From Spirochaetia bacterium (GTDB taxonomy: Bacteria > Spirochaetota > Spirochaetia > SZUA-6 > Bin103): 64,000 nucleotides of DNA. The position numbers and the translations under genes are program-made. Below are positions 28,767-38,767 of the stretch, piece by piece; the stretch's first letter is position 1; every line of letters begins with the position of its first letter. The DNA lies in contig CBDATQ010000001.1 in assembly GCA_965199955.1 (NCBI GenBank), positions 1,664,001 through 1,728,000 of the forward strand. Direction: 5' to 3'. Under the pieces are notes generated by a model. It saw nothing but the letters and a program-made list of their open reading frames with translations, did not search any database and was not told the DNA's origin.

Positions 28767-28923
28767 ACAACAGGTCCTGCACCTTCACCGGGTGATGATC
28801 AGCGCCACCGGCGGAAGCGCCGGCGTGCGGGATCGGGGGCTGCTCCAGTCCGCGGTCGCGTCGGCCGACATCGGCGTCGAGGAGATACGCATCTGGATCG
28901 AGCAGCGCATCCGACGCGAGTGA
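28747..28923 (+). pseudogene. doc: Fic/Doc toxin with the catalytic centre deleted
   Basis: N-terminus YLSEQQVLHLH..GG..GVRDRGLLQSAVA joined to C-terminus SADIGVEEIRIWI; no HPFxDGNKR motif; only 58 aa. Confidence 0.85.
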
Positions 28924-30440
28924 GCGAAGCGAATTTCACTCGCCAAGTGATGTTGGCGGCATTGCTGGTGGCTGCGGCTGGCATCGGCTTGACCGGCTGC
29001 GGCGATGGTGCGTCGGCCAGCGATCAGACCGGTGTCGCTCCGGCGGTGTCCTTCCCGCTTGCGCAGCCGGTCACGCTCACCGTCGGCGTGCCGGAGTCGT
29101 CGCTCCCCGCTGCCGCCCGCCCGGCCTGGAAGGTGGTGCAGCGCCGCGTCAACATCACGCTGCGGCCGGCCACGATCGCCGGCGCCAGCGCCGCGGCCCG
29201 CGGCACGCGCCTGGCGGAACTGGCCGCTTCGGACGAACTGCCGGACCTGCTGGCCGAGGGAGTGGCGCCGCTCGATTTCATCCGCCAGCGGGAGTGGCTG
29301 GTCAACCTGCTCGAACGGCCGGAGCTCGCGCCGAACCTGCATCGCCTGCTGCAGGAGCACGAGCGCTTCCGCCAGAGCACGCACGGCCGGCTGCTGGCGC
29401 CGGGGGAGTTGTACGCGCTGGGCGTGTTCGACGCGAGCGCCAGCCCGTACCTGGGCGCCATCGCCTACCGGCAGGACTTGTTCGAGGTCCGTGGCCTCGG
29501 CGCCGACACGTGGGAGGAGCTTCTTGCATCGCTCGGTGCCCTCCAGTCGGAGTTCCCCGGCAGCACGCCGTTCGCCGCCACCCGGCGGGCGCTGCTGTTC
29601 CGGGCGCCGTCGTGGTTCCGCTCCGGCGTCGATGAGCGGGTCGCCGCCTACTACCATCGCGAGCGGCGCGAGTGGCGGCTCGGACCGTTCGAACGGGAGT
29701 TCGAGGACTACCTGCGCTGGTTTCATCGCCTGGTGGCGGAAGGGTTGATGGCGGCCGAGTCGCTCGACCCGCGGACCGCTCCCGGTGACCTGGACCTGCT
29801 GCGCCTGCTGGGCTCCGAGCGCGCGTTCGTGGTCCCTTGGGCGGGCCGGACCGGTCCGGAGCTGGCCGGCTCGCGCGGGTACGGCGGGCTGACCGAGGAC
29901 GGCGACTGGGATCGCGCCGGGGCTTGGGTGGGACCGCTGCGGCTGCCTGCGAACCGTGGCCGGCGCGGCTGGATCGCGCCGCGTGCGTGGAACGCCATCT
30001 CGCCGGGCTGGGCGGTGACGTCGGCGTCCCCGCACGCCGAGACCGCGGTGGCGTTCCTGGATCTGCTGCTGGAAGAGGAAGTGACGGGCGAGGTCGCGTC
30101 GGTGTCGGATGCACCCGACCGCCTGGACTTTGCGCTGTGGCTGGCAGGCGAGGGCGGCTCGGCAGACATGCCGGCCGCGCGGTACTTCGAGCGCCACGAC
30201 GTGGCGACCTACCTGGATGACGATGCGGTGATCCTGGAGCCGTGGCCGGCCATCACCACGCACAGCCGCAACTTCGTGGACGCGATGGCCGCTCCGCTGG
30301 TCGAGCACATCGCCGTCGAGGCCGGCAAGTTCATTACCGGCGCCCGCCCGCTGACACAACTCGAGGCGTTTCGGGAGGAGCTCCGCGACCGTGGCGCGGA
30401 GCGGCTGCTCAACTGGCTGAATCTGGGGCGGGCGCGGTGA
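28920..30440 (+). CDS. Carbohydrate-type ABC solute-binding lipoprotein
   Basis: Lipobox LTGC, ELPDLL, YRQDLFE..TWEELL, C-terminal KFITGARPL. Confidence 0.8.
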   Translation: MSEANFTRQVMLAALLVAAAGIGLTGCGDGASASDQTGVAPAVSFPLAQPVTLTVGVPESSLPAAARPAWKVVQRRVNITLRPATIAGASAAARGTRLAELAASDELPDLLAEGVAPLDFIRQREWLVNLLERPELAPNLHRLLQEHERFRQSTHGRLLAPGELYALGVFDASASPYLGAIAYRQDLFEVRGLGADTWEELLASLGALQSEFPGSTPFAATRRALLFRAPSWFRSGVDERVAAYYHRERREWRLGPFEREFEDYLRWFHRLVAEGLMAAESLDPRTAPGDLDLLRLLGSERAFVVPWAGRTGPELAGSRGYGGLTEDGDWDRAGAWVGPLRLPANRGRRGWIAPRAWNAISPGWAVTSASPHAETAVAFLDLLLEEEVTGEVASVSDAPDRLDFALWLAGEGGSADMPAARYFERHDVATYLDDDAVILEPWPAITTHSRNFVDAMAAPLVEHIAVEAGKFITGARPLTQLEAFREELRDRGAERLLNWLNLGRAR

Positions 30441-31888
30441 GCGGTCCGGCTACGGGCGGGGGTGCGCGGCGTCGCTGGATCCGGCTGATTGCGCCGGTCG
30501 CCGTTATCGGCGTGCTGATCGCCGGCTACCTGCTGCTGGCCGGCCGCGAAACGGCGGGCGAGGAGACAGGTGAAGAGCAGGCCTTGCCGCCGTTCTACAC
30601 AGGGGATCCGGAGTCGGTGGCCACGATCACGATCGAGCACCCCGGGCTGACCCTGCAGCGCCGCTCCATCCTCGAAACCGATGCCGGGCTCGCATGGATC
30701 TACCCGGCGGCACCCGGCGCTCCCCTGCGCGAGCCGCAGGTGCTGCAGGTGGTCGACGCGGCGATCGGCCTGCGGCCGCTGCGCGTGATCGCCGAGGAGC
30801 CGGACGATCTGTCGGCCTATGGGCTGGACGCACCGCGCGGCCTCATCGAGCTGGTCTCGGCCGGCGGCGACCGGCTGAACGTGCTGCTGGGGTCGCGCAC
30901 CGCCACCGGCACCAGCTACGCGATGGTGGACGGCCGGGACACGGTCTACACCGTCAGCGGCGACGCCGTGTACCTCCTGAGCAGGGAGCCAGCGGCGCTG
31001 ATCGACACGACGCTGCCGACCTTCGAGCCGGTGCTGGTCCGCCGGCTCCGGGTACGCGGGACCGAGGGCGAGCTGGAGGTCCGGTACGACGCCTTCCACG
31101 ACGCGTCGCAGCCGGCCGAGCGCGCCGCGTATCTGATCACGGCGCCGTACGACGGCCCCGTGCTGGTGGACGGCACGGCGCTGGTCGGCGTGCTGGCTCG
31201 GCTGCGCGACGATCTGACCGGTGACGTCGCCGACGGCATCGTCGCCGAAGCCGCGGCCGACGATCCGGCGCTGGGGCTGGCCGAGCCCGAGTTCGAGCTG
31301 GAGGTCGAGGACGCCGAAGGGACGTACCACCTCCTGATCGGCGCGCCCGCCGGCGCCACTCATCGCTACGCCGCGCTCGCGGGCCGGCCGACGGTGTACC
31401 GGCTCGGCAACAGCCGCGTCGAAACCCTGGACCGCCTGCGGCCGTTCGACCTCGTGGCGCGGGCGGTGGCCGAGGTCGACTACGACCTGGTGCAGGAGAT
31501 GGTGTTCACGGCGGGCGAGGCGAGCTACCGGGTGACGATCGACCGGGAAGATGAGTCGGGCACGCCGGTCTACCGGCTCGGTGGGACGACTCTGTCAGCC
31601 GCGGACGCCGCCGAGTTGCTGGAGCACCTGAACGGCCTGCGCGTGGAGGACGATGCCCCCGGCGACGCGCAGGCGGCCGGAGTCCAGACCGTGCTGACCA
31701 TCACCTGGCGGCTCACCAAGCCGGAGCTCCCCGAGTGGTCGGTCGAGATCCTTCCGCATGACGGCGAGTTCCAGGCGGTACGCCGGGGCGGTTCCGATCA
31801 GGCACCCATGTTTCTGATCGACCGGCGCTCGATAGCCGGGCTGCTGGAACTGCTTGCGCTGATGGCGGGCACGGCGCCGGCCGGCTGA
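30437..31888 (+). CDS. DUF4340-domain protein (paralog of 14673)
   Basis: GTGA overlap, N-terminal TM, DLSAYGLDAP, LLGSRTATGTSYAMV..VYTV. Confidence 0.75.
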   Translation: MSGPATGGGARRRWIRLIAPVAVIGVLIAGYLLLAGRETAGEETGEEQALPPFYTGDPESVATITIEHPGLTLQRRSILETDAGLAWIYPAAPGAPLREPQVLQVVDAAIGLRPLRVIAEEPDDLSAYGLDAPRGLIELVSAGGDRLNVLLGSRTATGTSYAMVDGRDTVYTVSGDAVYLLSREPAALIDTTLPTFEPVLVRRLRVRGTEGELEVRYDAFHDASQPAERAAYLITAPYDGPVLVDGTALVGVLARLRDDLTGDVADGIVAEAAADDPALGLAEPEFELEVEDAEGTYHLLIGAPAGATHRYAALAGRPTVYRLGNSRVETLDRLRPFDLVARAVAEVDYDLVQEMVFTAGEASYRVTIDREDESGTPVYRLGGTTLSAADAAELLEHLNGLRVEDDAPGDAQAAGVQTVLTITWRLTKPELPEWSVEILPHDGEFQAVRRGGSDQAPMFLIDRRSIAGLLELLALMAGTAPAG

Positions 31889-31889
31889 G

Positions 31890-32627
31890 TCAGCCCCCGC
31901 CCGTATCGGGCTCCCCCTTCACCGGCGCCGGGGCATGCGTGATCGTCCCGTCGAGACGCTCGATCCGGATGTCCTCGACCGCGACGTTGGTCACCACGTC
32001 GCCGGCGACCCCGCGCAGCGTCAGGCGTCCGCCGATGCTCTGCACGCGCACGTCGCCGGTGCCGCCGTCGACGGCGATGTCGCCGTCGGAGGAGAGCAGC
32101 CACTTGGGACCGTCGCTGTCGAACACGCGGGTGACGCCGGCGGCGTTGGTCGTGTGCAGCTCGGCGGTCACGTCGCGGACGATGATGTCTCCCTCGAAGG
32201 TGTACAGATCGGCACTCGGCGCTTCCAGGCCCTGCAGGATCAGGTCCCCTGCCGCGGTGACCGCCACCGACACGCCGTGCGGCACGCGCAGCCGGATCTG
32301 CGGGTACCACAGCATGGACGAACGCAGCACGTTCCGGTCGTTCGTCACGACCTCCACCGTCACCCTCTCCGGCACGTCGCGGGTGAGGATGGCCACCGCG
32401 TTGCGGCGCCTGACCCGTTCCGACATCACCGCCAGGCCGGCGATCATGTCGCCCTCGTAACCGGTGATGTCGAGCGAGAAGAACGAGCCCTTGACCACCA
32501 GCTCGCCGCGCTCCGGGAGCTCGAACCGCTCCTCGACCGCCCCGCCCTCCAACATGCCGGCGGCGAATCCACCGGCCGCGTTCAGCAGCCAGCAGAGGCA
32601 CGCAAGCGTCGCGATACGACCGGACAC
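31890..32627 (-). CDS. DUF4097 / beta-helix exported protein (paralog of 17806)
   Basis: Signal peptide ending FAAGMLEG, GDI.V repeats; GTG 32627 chosen as start. Confidence 0.7.
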   Translation of the reverse strand: MSGRIATLACLCWLLNAAGGFAAGMLEGGAVEERFELPERGELVVKGSFFSLDITGYEGDMIAGLAVMSERVRRRNAVAILTRDVPERVTVEVVTNDRNVLRSSMLWYPQIRLRVPHGVSVAVTAAGDLILQGLEAPSADLYTFEGDIIVRDVTAELHTTNAAGVTRVFDSDGPKWLLSSDGDIAVDGGTGDVRVQSIGGRLTLRGVAGDVVTNVAVEDIRIERLDGTITHAPAPVKGEPDTGGG

Positions 32628-32636
32628 CCGCGCAGA

Positions 32637-32674
32637 TTGACAACTCGCGCGGCGGATTTGCAACGTGGCAGGCG
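32637..32674 (+). promoter_or_regulatory. Promoter directly abutting the start codon
   Basis: TTGACA(32637)-N18-CAACGT-N8-ATG, no SD. Confidence 0.6.
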
Positions 32675-33673
32675 ATGATCGCCTATGTCGGCCGCCGGAT
32701 CCTGGTCATGATCCCGACACTGATCGTGATCTCGATCGTTTCCTTCATCATCATCGAGCTGCCGCCGGGCGACATGGCAAGCGCCTACGTCGGCCGGCTG
32801 GAGGAGATGCGTGACCGTGTCGGCACTGAAGAAGCGGACGAGATGGTGGCCAACATCCGCAAGCAGCTCGGCCTGGACGACCCGATGCCGGTGCGCTACT
32901 TCCGCTGGGCCTCCGGCTGGCTGCAGGGCAACTGGGGCTGGTCGTTCCACTGGGATCAGCCCGTGCGCCAGGCGATCGGAAACCGGCTCGTGCTGACGGT
33001 GATGATCGGCCTGATCACGATTCTGATCAGCACCGCCATCTCGTGGCCGGCCGGCGTGGGCGCCGCAATCCGTCAATACGCGCTGTTCGACAACGTGTTC
33101 AGCTTCATCGCCTTTTTCATGATGGCGATCCCGAACTTCCTGTTCGCCCTGCTGTTGATGTACGCGTTCTTCAGGCTGGCCGACTACGTGCCGGGCGGTG
33201 TCTTCTCCACCGAGTACGCGCAGGCGCCATGGAGCATCGCCAAGTTCATCGACTTCCTGAAGCACATCTGGATGCCGATCGTGATCCTGGGCTTCGAGTC
33301 GCTCGGCGGCGGGCTGCGTACGATTCGCGCCAACGTGCTCGATCAGCTGCGCATGCCGTTCGTGACCACTGCACGCGCCAAGGGAGTCCCGGAGACCCGT
33401 CTGATCGTCAAGTACGCGATCCGGGCGGCAGCCAACCCATGGATCTCCGGCATCGGCTGGCTGCTACCGGCGCTGGTAGGTGGTGAGGTCCTGGTCGCGC
33501 TGGTGATAGGGCTGCCCACGGTCGGGCCGTTGCTGTTCACCGCCCTGAGCAATCAGGACCAGCAGGTAGCCGGCGCCATCATCATGATGATGGCGGGGCT
33601 GACGGTGATCGGCACGCTGGTCTCCGACCTGGCCCTTGCGGTGCTGGACCCGCGCATCCGGCTGACCGAATGA
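32675..33673 (+). CDS. ABC permease (OppB/DppB-like)
   Basis: ELPPGD, FVTTARAKGVPE, LDPRIR. Confidence 0.95.
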   Translation: MIAYVGRRILVMIPTLIVISIVSFIIIELPPGDMASAYVGRLEEMRDRVGTEEADEMVANIRKQLGLDDPMPVRYFRWASGWLQGNWGWSFHWDQPVRQAIGNRLVLTVMIGLITILISTAISWPAGVGAAIRQYALFDNVFSFIAFFMMAIPNFLFALLLMYAFFRLADYVPGGVFSTEYAQAPWSIAKFIDFLKHIWMPIVILGFESLGGGLRTIRANVLDQLRMPFVTTARAKGVPETRLIVKYAIRAAANPWISGIGWLLPALVGGEVLVALVIGLPTVGPLLFTALSNQDQQVAGAIIMMMAGLTVIGTLVSDLALAVLDPRIRLTE

Positions 33674-33718
33674 GCACCGAAGCCGGGGCGCCCGGCCGCG
33701 TAGGCGGCCGCGGCAAGA

Positions 33719-33755
33719 TTGACAAGGGCGCCGCCGGTTGGCACCGTGGGCGTCG
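33719..33755 (+). promoter_or_regulatory. Paralogous promoter of the second oppB copy
   Basis: TTGACA(33719)-N17-CACCGT-N8-ATG, no SD. Confidence 0.6.
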
Positions 33756-34754
33756 ATGCTCGGGTACATCGGACGCCGCGTCCTGCACATGATCCCGACG
33801 CTGATCCTCATCTCGATCATCTCCTTCATCGTCATCGAGTTGCCGCCCGGCGACATGGCGAGCGCCTACGTCGGCCGGCTGGAGGAGATGCGCGATCGCA
33901 TCGGCAGCGAGGAAGCCGAGGAGATGGTGGCCAACATCCGGGCGCAACTCGGTCTGGACGATCCGTTCCCGGTCCGCTACCTGAAGTGGGGGGCCGGCTG
34001 GTTCCGTGGCGACTGGGGCTGGTCCTTCGAATGGAACAAGCCGGTGCGCGCGCTGATCGGCGACCGGCTCCTGCTGACGGTGATGATCGGCCTGATCACG
34101 TTGCTGATCGGCACCGCGATTTCCTGGCCGGCCGGCGTGGGCGCGGCGATCCGCCAATACGCGCTGTTCGACAACGTGTTCAGCTTTATCGCCTTCTTCA
34201 TGATGGCGATCCCGAACTTCCTGTTCGCATTGCTGCTGATGTACGCGGCATTCAAGTTGATCAACTACGCGCCGGGCGGCGTCTTCTCCACCGAGTATGC
34301 GCAGGAGCCGTGGAGCATCGCCAAGTTCGCCGACTTCCTGAAGCACATCTGGATGCCGATCGTTATCCTGGGCTTCGAGTCGATCGGCGGCGGCGTGCGC
34401 ACCATCCGCGCCAACGTGCTGGACCAGTTGCGCATGCCGTTCGTCACGACCGCGCGTGCCAAGGGCGTGCCGGAGACCCGCCTGCTCGTGAAGTACCCGA
34501 TCCGCATGGCCGCCAATCCCTGGATTTCGAGCATCGGCTGGCTGCTGCCCGGCCTGGTCGGCGGGGAGGTGCTGGTCGCGCTGGTGCTGGGCCTGCCGAC
34601 CATCGGGCCGTTGCTGTATGAGGGCCTGGTCAACCAGGATCAGCAGATCGCGGGCGCCATCATCATGCTGCTGGCCACCCTGACGGTGATCGGCACCCTG
34701 ATCTCCGACCTGGCGCTGGCCGTGCTCGACCCGCGCATCCGGCTGCAGAACTGA
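33756..34754 (+). CDS. ABC permease (OppB/DppB-like), tandem paralog
   Basis: Colinear with 32675 and highly similar to it. Confidence 0.95.
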   Translation: MLGYIGRRVLHMIPTLILISIISFIVIELPPGDMASAYVGRLEEMRDRIGSEEAEEMVANIRAQLGLDDPFPVRYLKWGAGWFRGDWGWSFEWNKPVRALIGDRLLLTVMIGLITLLIGTAISWPAGVGAAIRQYALFDNVFSFIAFFMMAIPNFLFALLLMYAAFKLINYAPGGVFSTEYAQEPWSIAKFADFLKHIWMPIVILGFESIGGGVRTIRANVLDQLRMPFVTTARAKGVPETRLLVKYPIRMAANPWISSIGWLLPGLVGGEVLVALVLGLPTIGPLLYEGLVNQDQQIAGAIIMLLATLTVIGTLISDLALAVLDPRIRLQN

Positions 34755-34756
34755 CC

Positions 34757-35926
34757 GTGGCGACCCAGGACCAACCGATCAGGACGGGCGAACCGATCGA
34801 CCGGGGCGACACGCGCGGCCCACGCGACCGAGACGCCGAGAGACGGGAAGCCTACTTCAACGCCGGCCAGATGAAGTTGATCTGGCTCAAGTTCCGGGCG
34901 CACCGCTGGGCGCGGGCCGCCCTGGTCGTGCTGGCGGTGCTCTACAGCCTGGTGCCGTTCAGCGGCTTCATCGAGATCAACGACCCGGTCGAGCGGCGTC
35001 CCGATTTCCGCTTCCTGCCGCCCGCACGCATTCACCTGTTCGACCAGGAAGGGCGTTTCCGGCCCGTCGTCTACCAGATCACCAGCGAGCTCAACTGGGA
35101 GACGCTGGAACGGGAGTTCACGGCGGACCTCGACACCGAGACGCCACTGCGCTTGCTCGTGCAGGGCCACGAATACGACCTGTTCGGCTTCATCCCCAGC
35201 ACCCTTCATTTCGTCGGCACCGGGACTCCGGACGTGCTCTGGTTCCCCCTGGGCACCGACAGCCAGGGCCGTGACCTGTTTTCCCGCATCGTGCGCGGGG
35301 CGGTCATCTCGCTCACCATCGGCCTGGTATCGATCCTCATAAGCTGGGTGCTGGGCATCAGCATCGGCAGCATCTCCGGCTATTTCGGCGGAACGGTCGA
35401 CAACATCATCCAGCGCCTGATCGAGGTGTTCATGTCCTTTCCCACGCTGCCGCTGTGGATGGCCCTGAGCGCCTCGCTGCCGCTGGACTGGGGTGTCGTC
35501 AGGGTCTACTTCATGATCACCATCATCCTCTCCATCCTGGGCTGGACCGGGCTGGCACGGACGGTACGGAGCAAGTTCCTGTCCCTGCGCGAGGAGGAGT
35601 ACGTCATCGCCGCCAAGCTGGACGGCGCGCCGGTGCGGCGCCAGCTCTTCCGGCACATGCTGCCATCGTTCGCCAGCCACCTGATCGTGGAAGGCTCGAA
35701 CCGCATCCCGGCGATGATCCTGGGGGAGACGGCGCTGAGCTTCCTGGGCATCGGCATGCGTCCGCCGGCGATGAGTTGGGGAGTGTTGATTCAGGAAGCG
35801 CAGAGCGTCAGCGTCGTGGCGTTGCGCCCCTGGCTGCTGATCCCGGCGCTGATGGTGATCTTCACCGTGGTCGCCTTCCAGTTCCTGGGCGACGGCCTGC
35901 GCGACGCGCTGGACCCGTACCGGTAG
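34757..35926 (+). CDS. ABC permease (OppC/DppC-like)
   Basis: PLGTDSQGRDLFSR, LREEEYVIAAKLDGA, GDGLRDALDP. Confidence 0.95.
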   Translation: MATQDQPIRTGEPIDRGDTRGPRDRDAERREAYFNAGQMKLIWLKFRAHRWARAALVVLAVLYSLVPFSGFIEINDPVERRPDFRFLPPARIHLFDQEGRFRPVVYQITSELNWETLEREFTADLDTETPLRLLVQGHEYDLFGFIPSTLHFVGTGTPDVLWFPLGTDSQGRDLFSRIVRGAVISLTIGLVSILISWVLGISIGSISGYFGGTVDNIIQRLIEVFMSFPTLPLWMALSASLPLDWGVVRVYFMITIILSILGWTGLARTVRSKFLSLREEEYVIAAKLDGAPVRRQLFRHMLPSFASHLIVEGSNRIPAMILGETALSFLGIGMRPPAMSWGVLIQEAQSVSVVALRPWLLIPALMVIFTVVAFQFLGDGLRDALDPYR

Positions 35927-36026
35927 AACGGCCGGTTGCGACCCGGCAACTTGTGCGGGTAGGCTCGCCCCTGCTGCGCTGGCCGGTGCTGTTGCGGCGC
36001 CAGGCGGGCGCACGAGGAGGTTCGTT

Positions 36027-37910
36027 TTGAAGAGAACACTGTTGTTTGCGCTGGTGGCTGCCTTGGCAGCGGCCCCGTTGTTCGGGCAGTACCAGCAATC
36101 GCCCTACCTGGACGGCATGGATCTGCCGCCGGTCGAGGAGCGCGTACCGGTGGATCCGCTGGTCATCTCCCCCGGCACCTACGGCATGACCGAGATCGGT
36201 CTGTTCGGCGGCATCTACGCGGGACAGGCACCCGACGCGGCCAACGCGCAGGGGCTGACCAACGTCGCCATCCCCTTCTGGGGCGAGGCGAAGATGGAGC
36301 GGCCGGAGGTGCTGCCGCTGGCCTTCAAGTCGATCGAAGCTTCCAACGGCAATCGCGTCTTCACCATCGCGATGCGCACCGGACTGCGCTGGTCCGACGG
36401 TGAACCCTACACGGCCGAGGACTACCTGTTCTGGTTCGAGGATGTCGCGAGCAACGCCGAGCTGAGCGCGGCGATTCCGGGCTGGCTCACGCAGGGCGAT
36501 GCGGTGGCCGAGATCACCGCCGTCGACGACGTGACGCTCCGCTTCGAGTTCCCCAACCCCTATCCCGGCTTCGACATCGCCTTCGGCGCCCGCCAGGAAC
36601 GGCAGGCGATGGGGCACGCCAAGCACTATCTCACCCAGTTCCACAAATCGTATGCCGAGGCGGACGCGCTGGCAGCCAAGGTGAGTGAGGGCGGATTCGA
36701 GGACTGGACCCAGCTCTTCAACGCCAAGGCTGACCGCCGTGTCAACGCGAATCCGGACAATCCGACGATGGTCCCGTTTGCGCCCTCGACCGGAATCGAG
36801 GCGACGCCGGTCATCTGGACGCGCAACCCCTACTACTGGACTGTTGACTCGGAAGGCAATCAGCTTCCGTACATGGACGAGCAGCACACGCAGATCATCC
36901 CCGACGCCAACGCCCGCGACCTGCGGGTCCTGGCCGGTGAGATCTCCGTGGCCTCGGTCGGCCTGCCCAAGGTGGAGATTCACAAGCAGGCCGCCGACCG
37001 CGGCGACCTGCAGATGATCTCGTTCCCGTTCCGGGGCGACCTGGCGGAGCGCACGCTTGCGTACAACTGGTTCGCGAAGGACGAGTTCAAGGCGGAGATG
37101 TTCCGCGACGTACGGTTTCGGCTGGCTATGAGCTACTGGGCGCCACGACAGTTGATCAGCGACCTGGAGTTCGAGGGCCTGGCGCCGCTGCGCCAGATCG
37201 GCGTGAGCGATCCGTCAAGCCCGTGGTACGTCGAGGAGCTGGCCACCCTGGCGGTGGAGCGCGACCTGGACAAGGCCAACGCGCTGCTCGACGAGATGGG
37301 CCTGACCGACAAGGACGCCGACGGCTTCCGGCTTGGCCCTGACGGCCAGCCCATCACGCTGACGATCTTCTCGATCGCGACGTGGTTCGACGACACGTGG
37401 ACGTTGCTCGTTGAGGAGCTGCCCAAGATCGGCTTCAAGGGCAACTTCCGCGGCGTCGGCTGGGGCGGCCAGACCGAGATCATCGAAAACCTGGACTGGG
37501 AGATCATCGGCTGGCAGAGCCTGACCGGCTACGCCAACCGCGACTGGCCCTCCAACTTCGGCGGGAGCTGGAACAGCCTCTACCCGTCCAACTCGTGGTC
37601 CCGGCCCTGGTACCTGTGGATCACCTCGGGCGGCGAGCGCGGCGAGCAGCCGCCGGACTGGGCGCAGGAGATGTGGGACTTGGCACAGGGTGCCAAGTCG
37701 GCCGAAAGCGACCAGGAGCTGACCGACAAGATCATCGCCCTGCAGAAGCTGCAGGCCGAGCACCTGATCGGCATCGATCTGCTGCAGTTCGCGCCGCGCT
37801 TCCGCGTCTACGGGCCGGACATCGGCAACGTGCAGGAGTGGTTCATCCAGATGCCGACGATCTACTTCCACAGGGACGCAGAAGAGCGCGCCAAGACGCT
37901 CGGCGGCTGA
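36027..37910 (+). CDS. ABC substrate-binding protein, family 5
   Basis: GAGGAGG RBS, signal peptide, LPPVEERVP, GLRWSDGEPYTAED, NPYYWTVDSEGNQLPY. Confidence 0.92.
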   Translation: MKRTLLFALVAALAAAPLFGQYQQSPYLDGMDLPPVEERVPVDPLVISPGTYGMTEIGLFGGIYAGQAPDAANAQGLTNVAIPFWGEAKMERPEVLPLAFKSIEASNGNRVFTIAMRTGLRWSDGEPYTAEDYLFWFEDVASNAELSAAIPGWLTQGDAVAEITAVDDVTLRFEFPNPYPGFDIAFGARQERQAMGHAKHYLTQFHKSYAEADALAAKVSEGGFEDWTQLFNAKADRRVNANPDNPTMVPFAPSTGIEATPVIWTRNPYYWTVDSEGNQLPYMDEQHTQIIPDANARDLRVLAGEISVASVGLPKVEIHKQAADRGDLQMISFPFRGDLAERTLAYNWFAKDEFKAEMFRDVRFRLAMSYWAPRQLISDLEFEGLAPLRQIGVSDPSSPWYVEELATLAVERDLDKANALLDEMGLTDKDADGFRLGPDGQPITLTIFSIATWFDDTWTLLVEELPKIGFKGNFRGVGWGGQTEIIENLDWEIIGWQSLTGYANRDWPSNFGGSWNSLYPSNSWSRPWYLWITSGGERGEQPPDWAQEMWDLAQGAKSAESDQELTDKIIALQKLQAEHLIGIDLLQFAPRFRVYGPDIGNVQEWFIQMPTIYFHRDAEERAKTLGG

Positions 37911-37937
37911 TCCGCCCGAGTTCCCGTTCCGTTTTCA

Positions 37938-37965
37938 AGCCCCGGGGCCATCAGGCTCCGGGGCT
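37938..37965. terminator. Hairpin between convergent genes
   Basis: AGCCCCGGGGCC-ATCA-GGCTCCGGGGCT. Confidence 0.65.
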
Positions 37966-37992
37966 CTCTGACGGTGCGCTTGCACGGGCCTG

Positions 37993-38690
37993 TCAGCGCA
38001 CAACCTCGCCGTTCCAGAGGAGCTTCAGGACCCCCAGCGCCGGCAGGACCTGCACAGCGCCCCACGATGCAGGCCGCTCGCCGGCGTACACGCCGTAGCA
38101 GGTGACCCGGTCCGCGCCGAGCTCTTCGCGAATCCGGTTGAGCCCGCGGTTATAGCGCCTGTCCCACCGCTTCGACGCCTTTCCTGCAGGTACGTCTCCG
38201 CATAGGCGATCAGGTACGCCACGGGGTCATCGCCAGTGACAGCCAGCGGCAGAGTGCCGTAGCGGAGCGCGTCGTCGAGATTCACCTGAAACGACCGTTC
38301 GGCCGACACCAGGGGGTAGAGGTGCTCGACCACCGCCCGCCCCGCCAGCAGGTTGGCGCCGCCGCGCCGCAGCTTGCGAGCGCTCGATCCGGACAGGACG
38401 AACCGGAGACGGCGCGTCTCGATCAGGCGATGGACCTCGTCCAGCAGATCGGGGACACGCTGGATTTCATCGATCACCACCCATGTCCCGGAAGCGAGCC
38501 CTTCGACCTCCCGAAACAGCGTCGCCGGCTCGCGCGCAAGGCGCAGCGCCTCGGACGTGTCCAGCAGGTCGTAGGTCCGGGCGTCCGCGAAGTGTTGCCC
38601 GATCCACGTCGACTTGCCGGTACCGCGTGGACCGAACAGAAAGCACGACGTCCGAGGGTGCTGCAGCAATCGTGCAATCATCGCTGTCAT
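37993..38690 (-). pseudogene. AAA_14/DUF4143 ATPase with internal deletion
   Basis: Walker A GPRGTGKST, IDEIQ, SGSS. After YLQE (about 38183) a second frame gives the family C-terminus KASKRWDRRYNRGL..LLWNGEVVR*. Confidence 0.8.
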
Positions 38691-38767
38691 ATTTCCGGTA
38701 AAAATGCCAAGTGTAAATACAAATAAACGCCATCTCGGGAGGAGTCATCCTTTCTGAAGCCGCGGGG

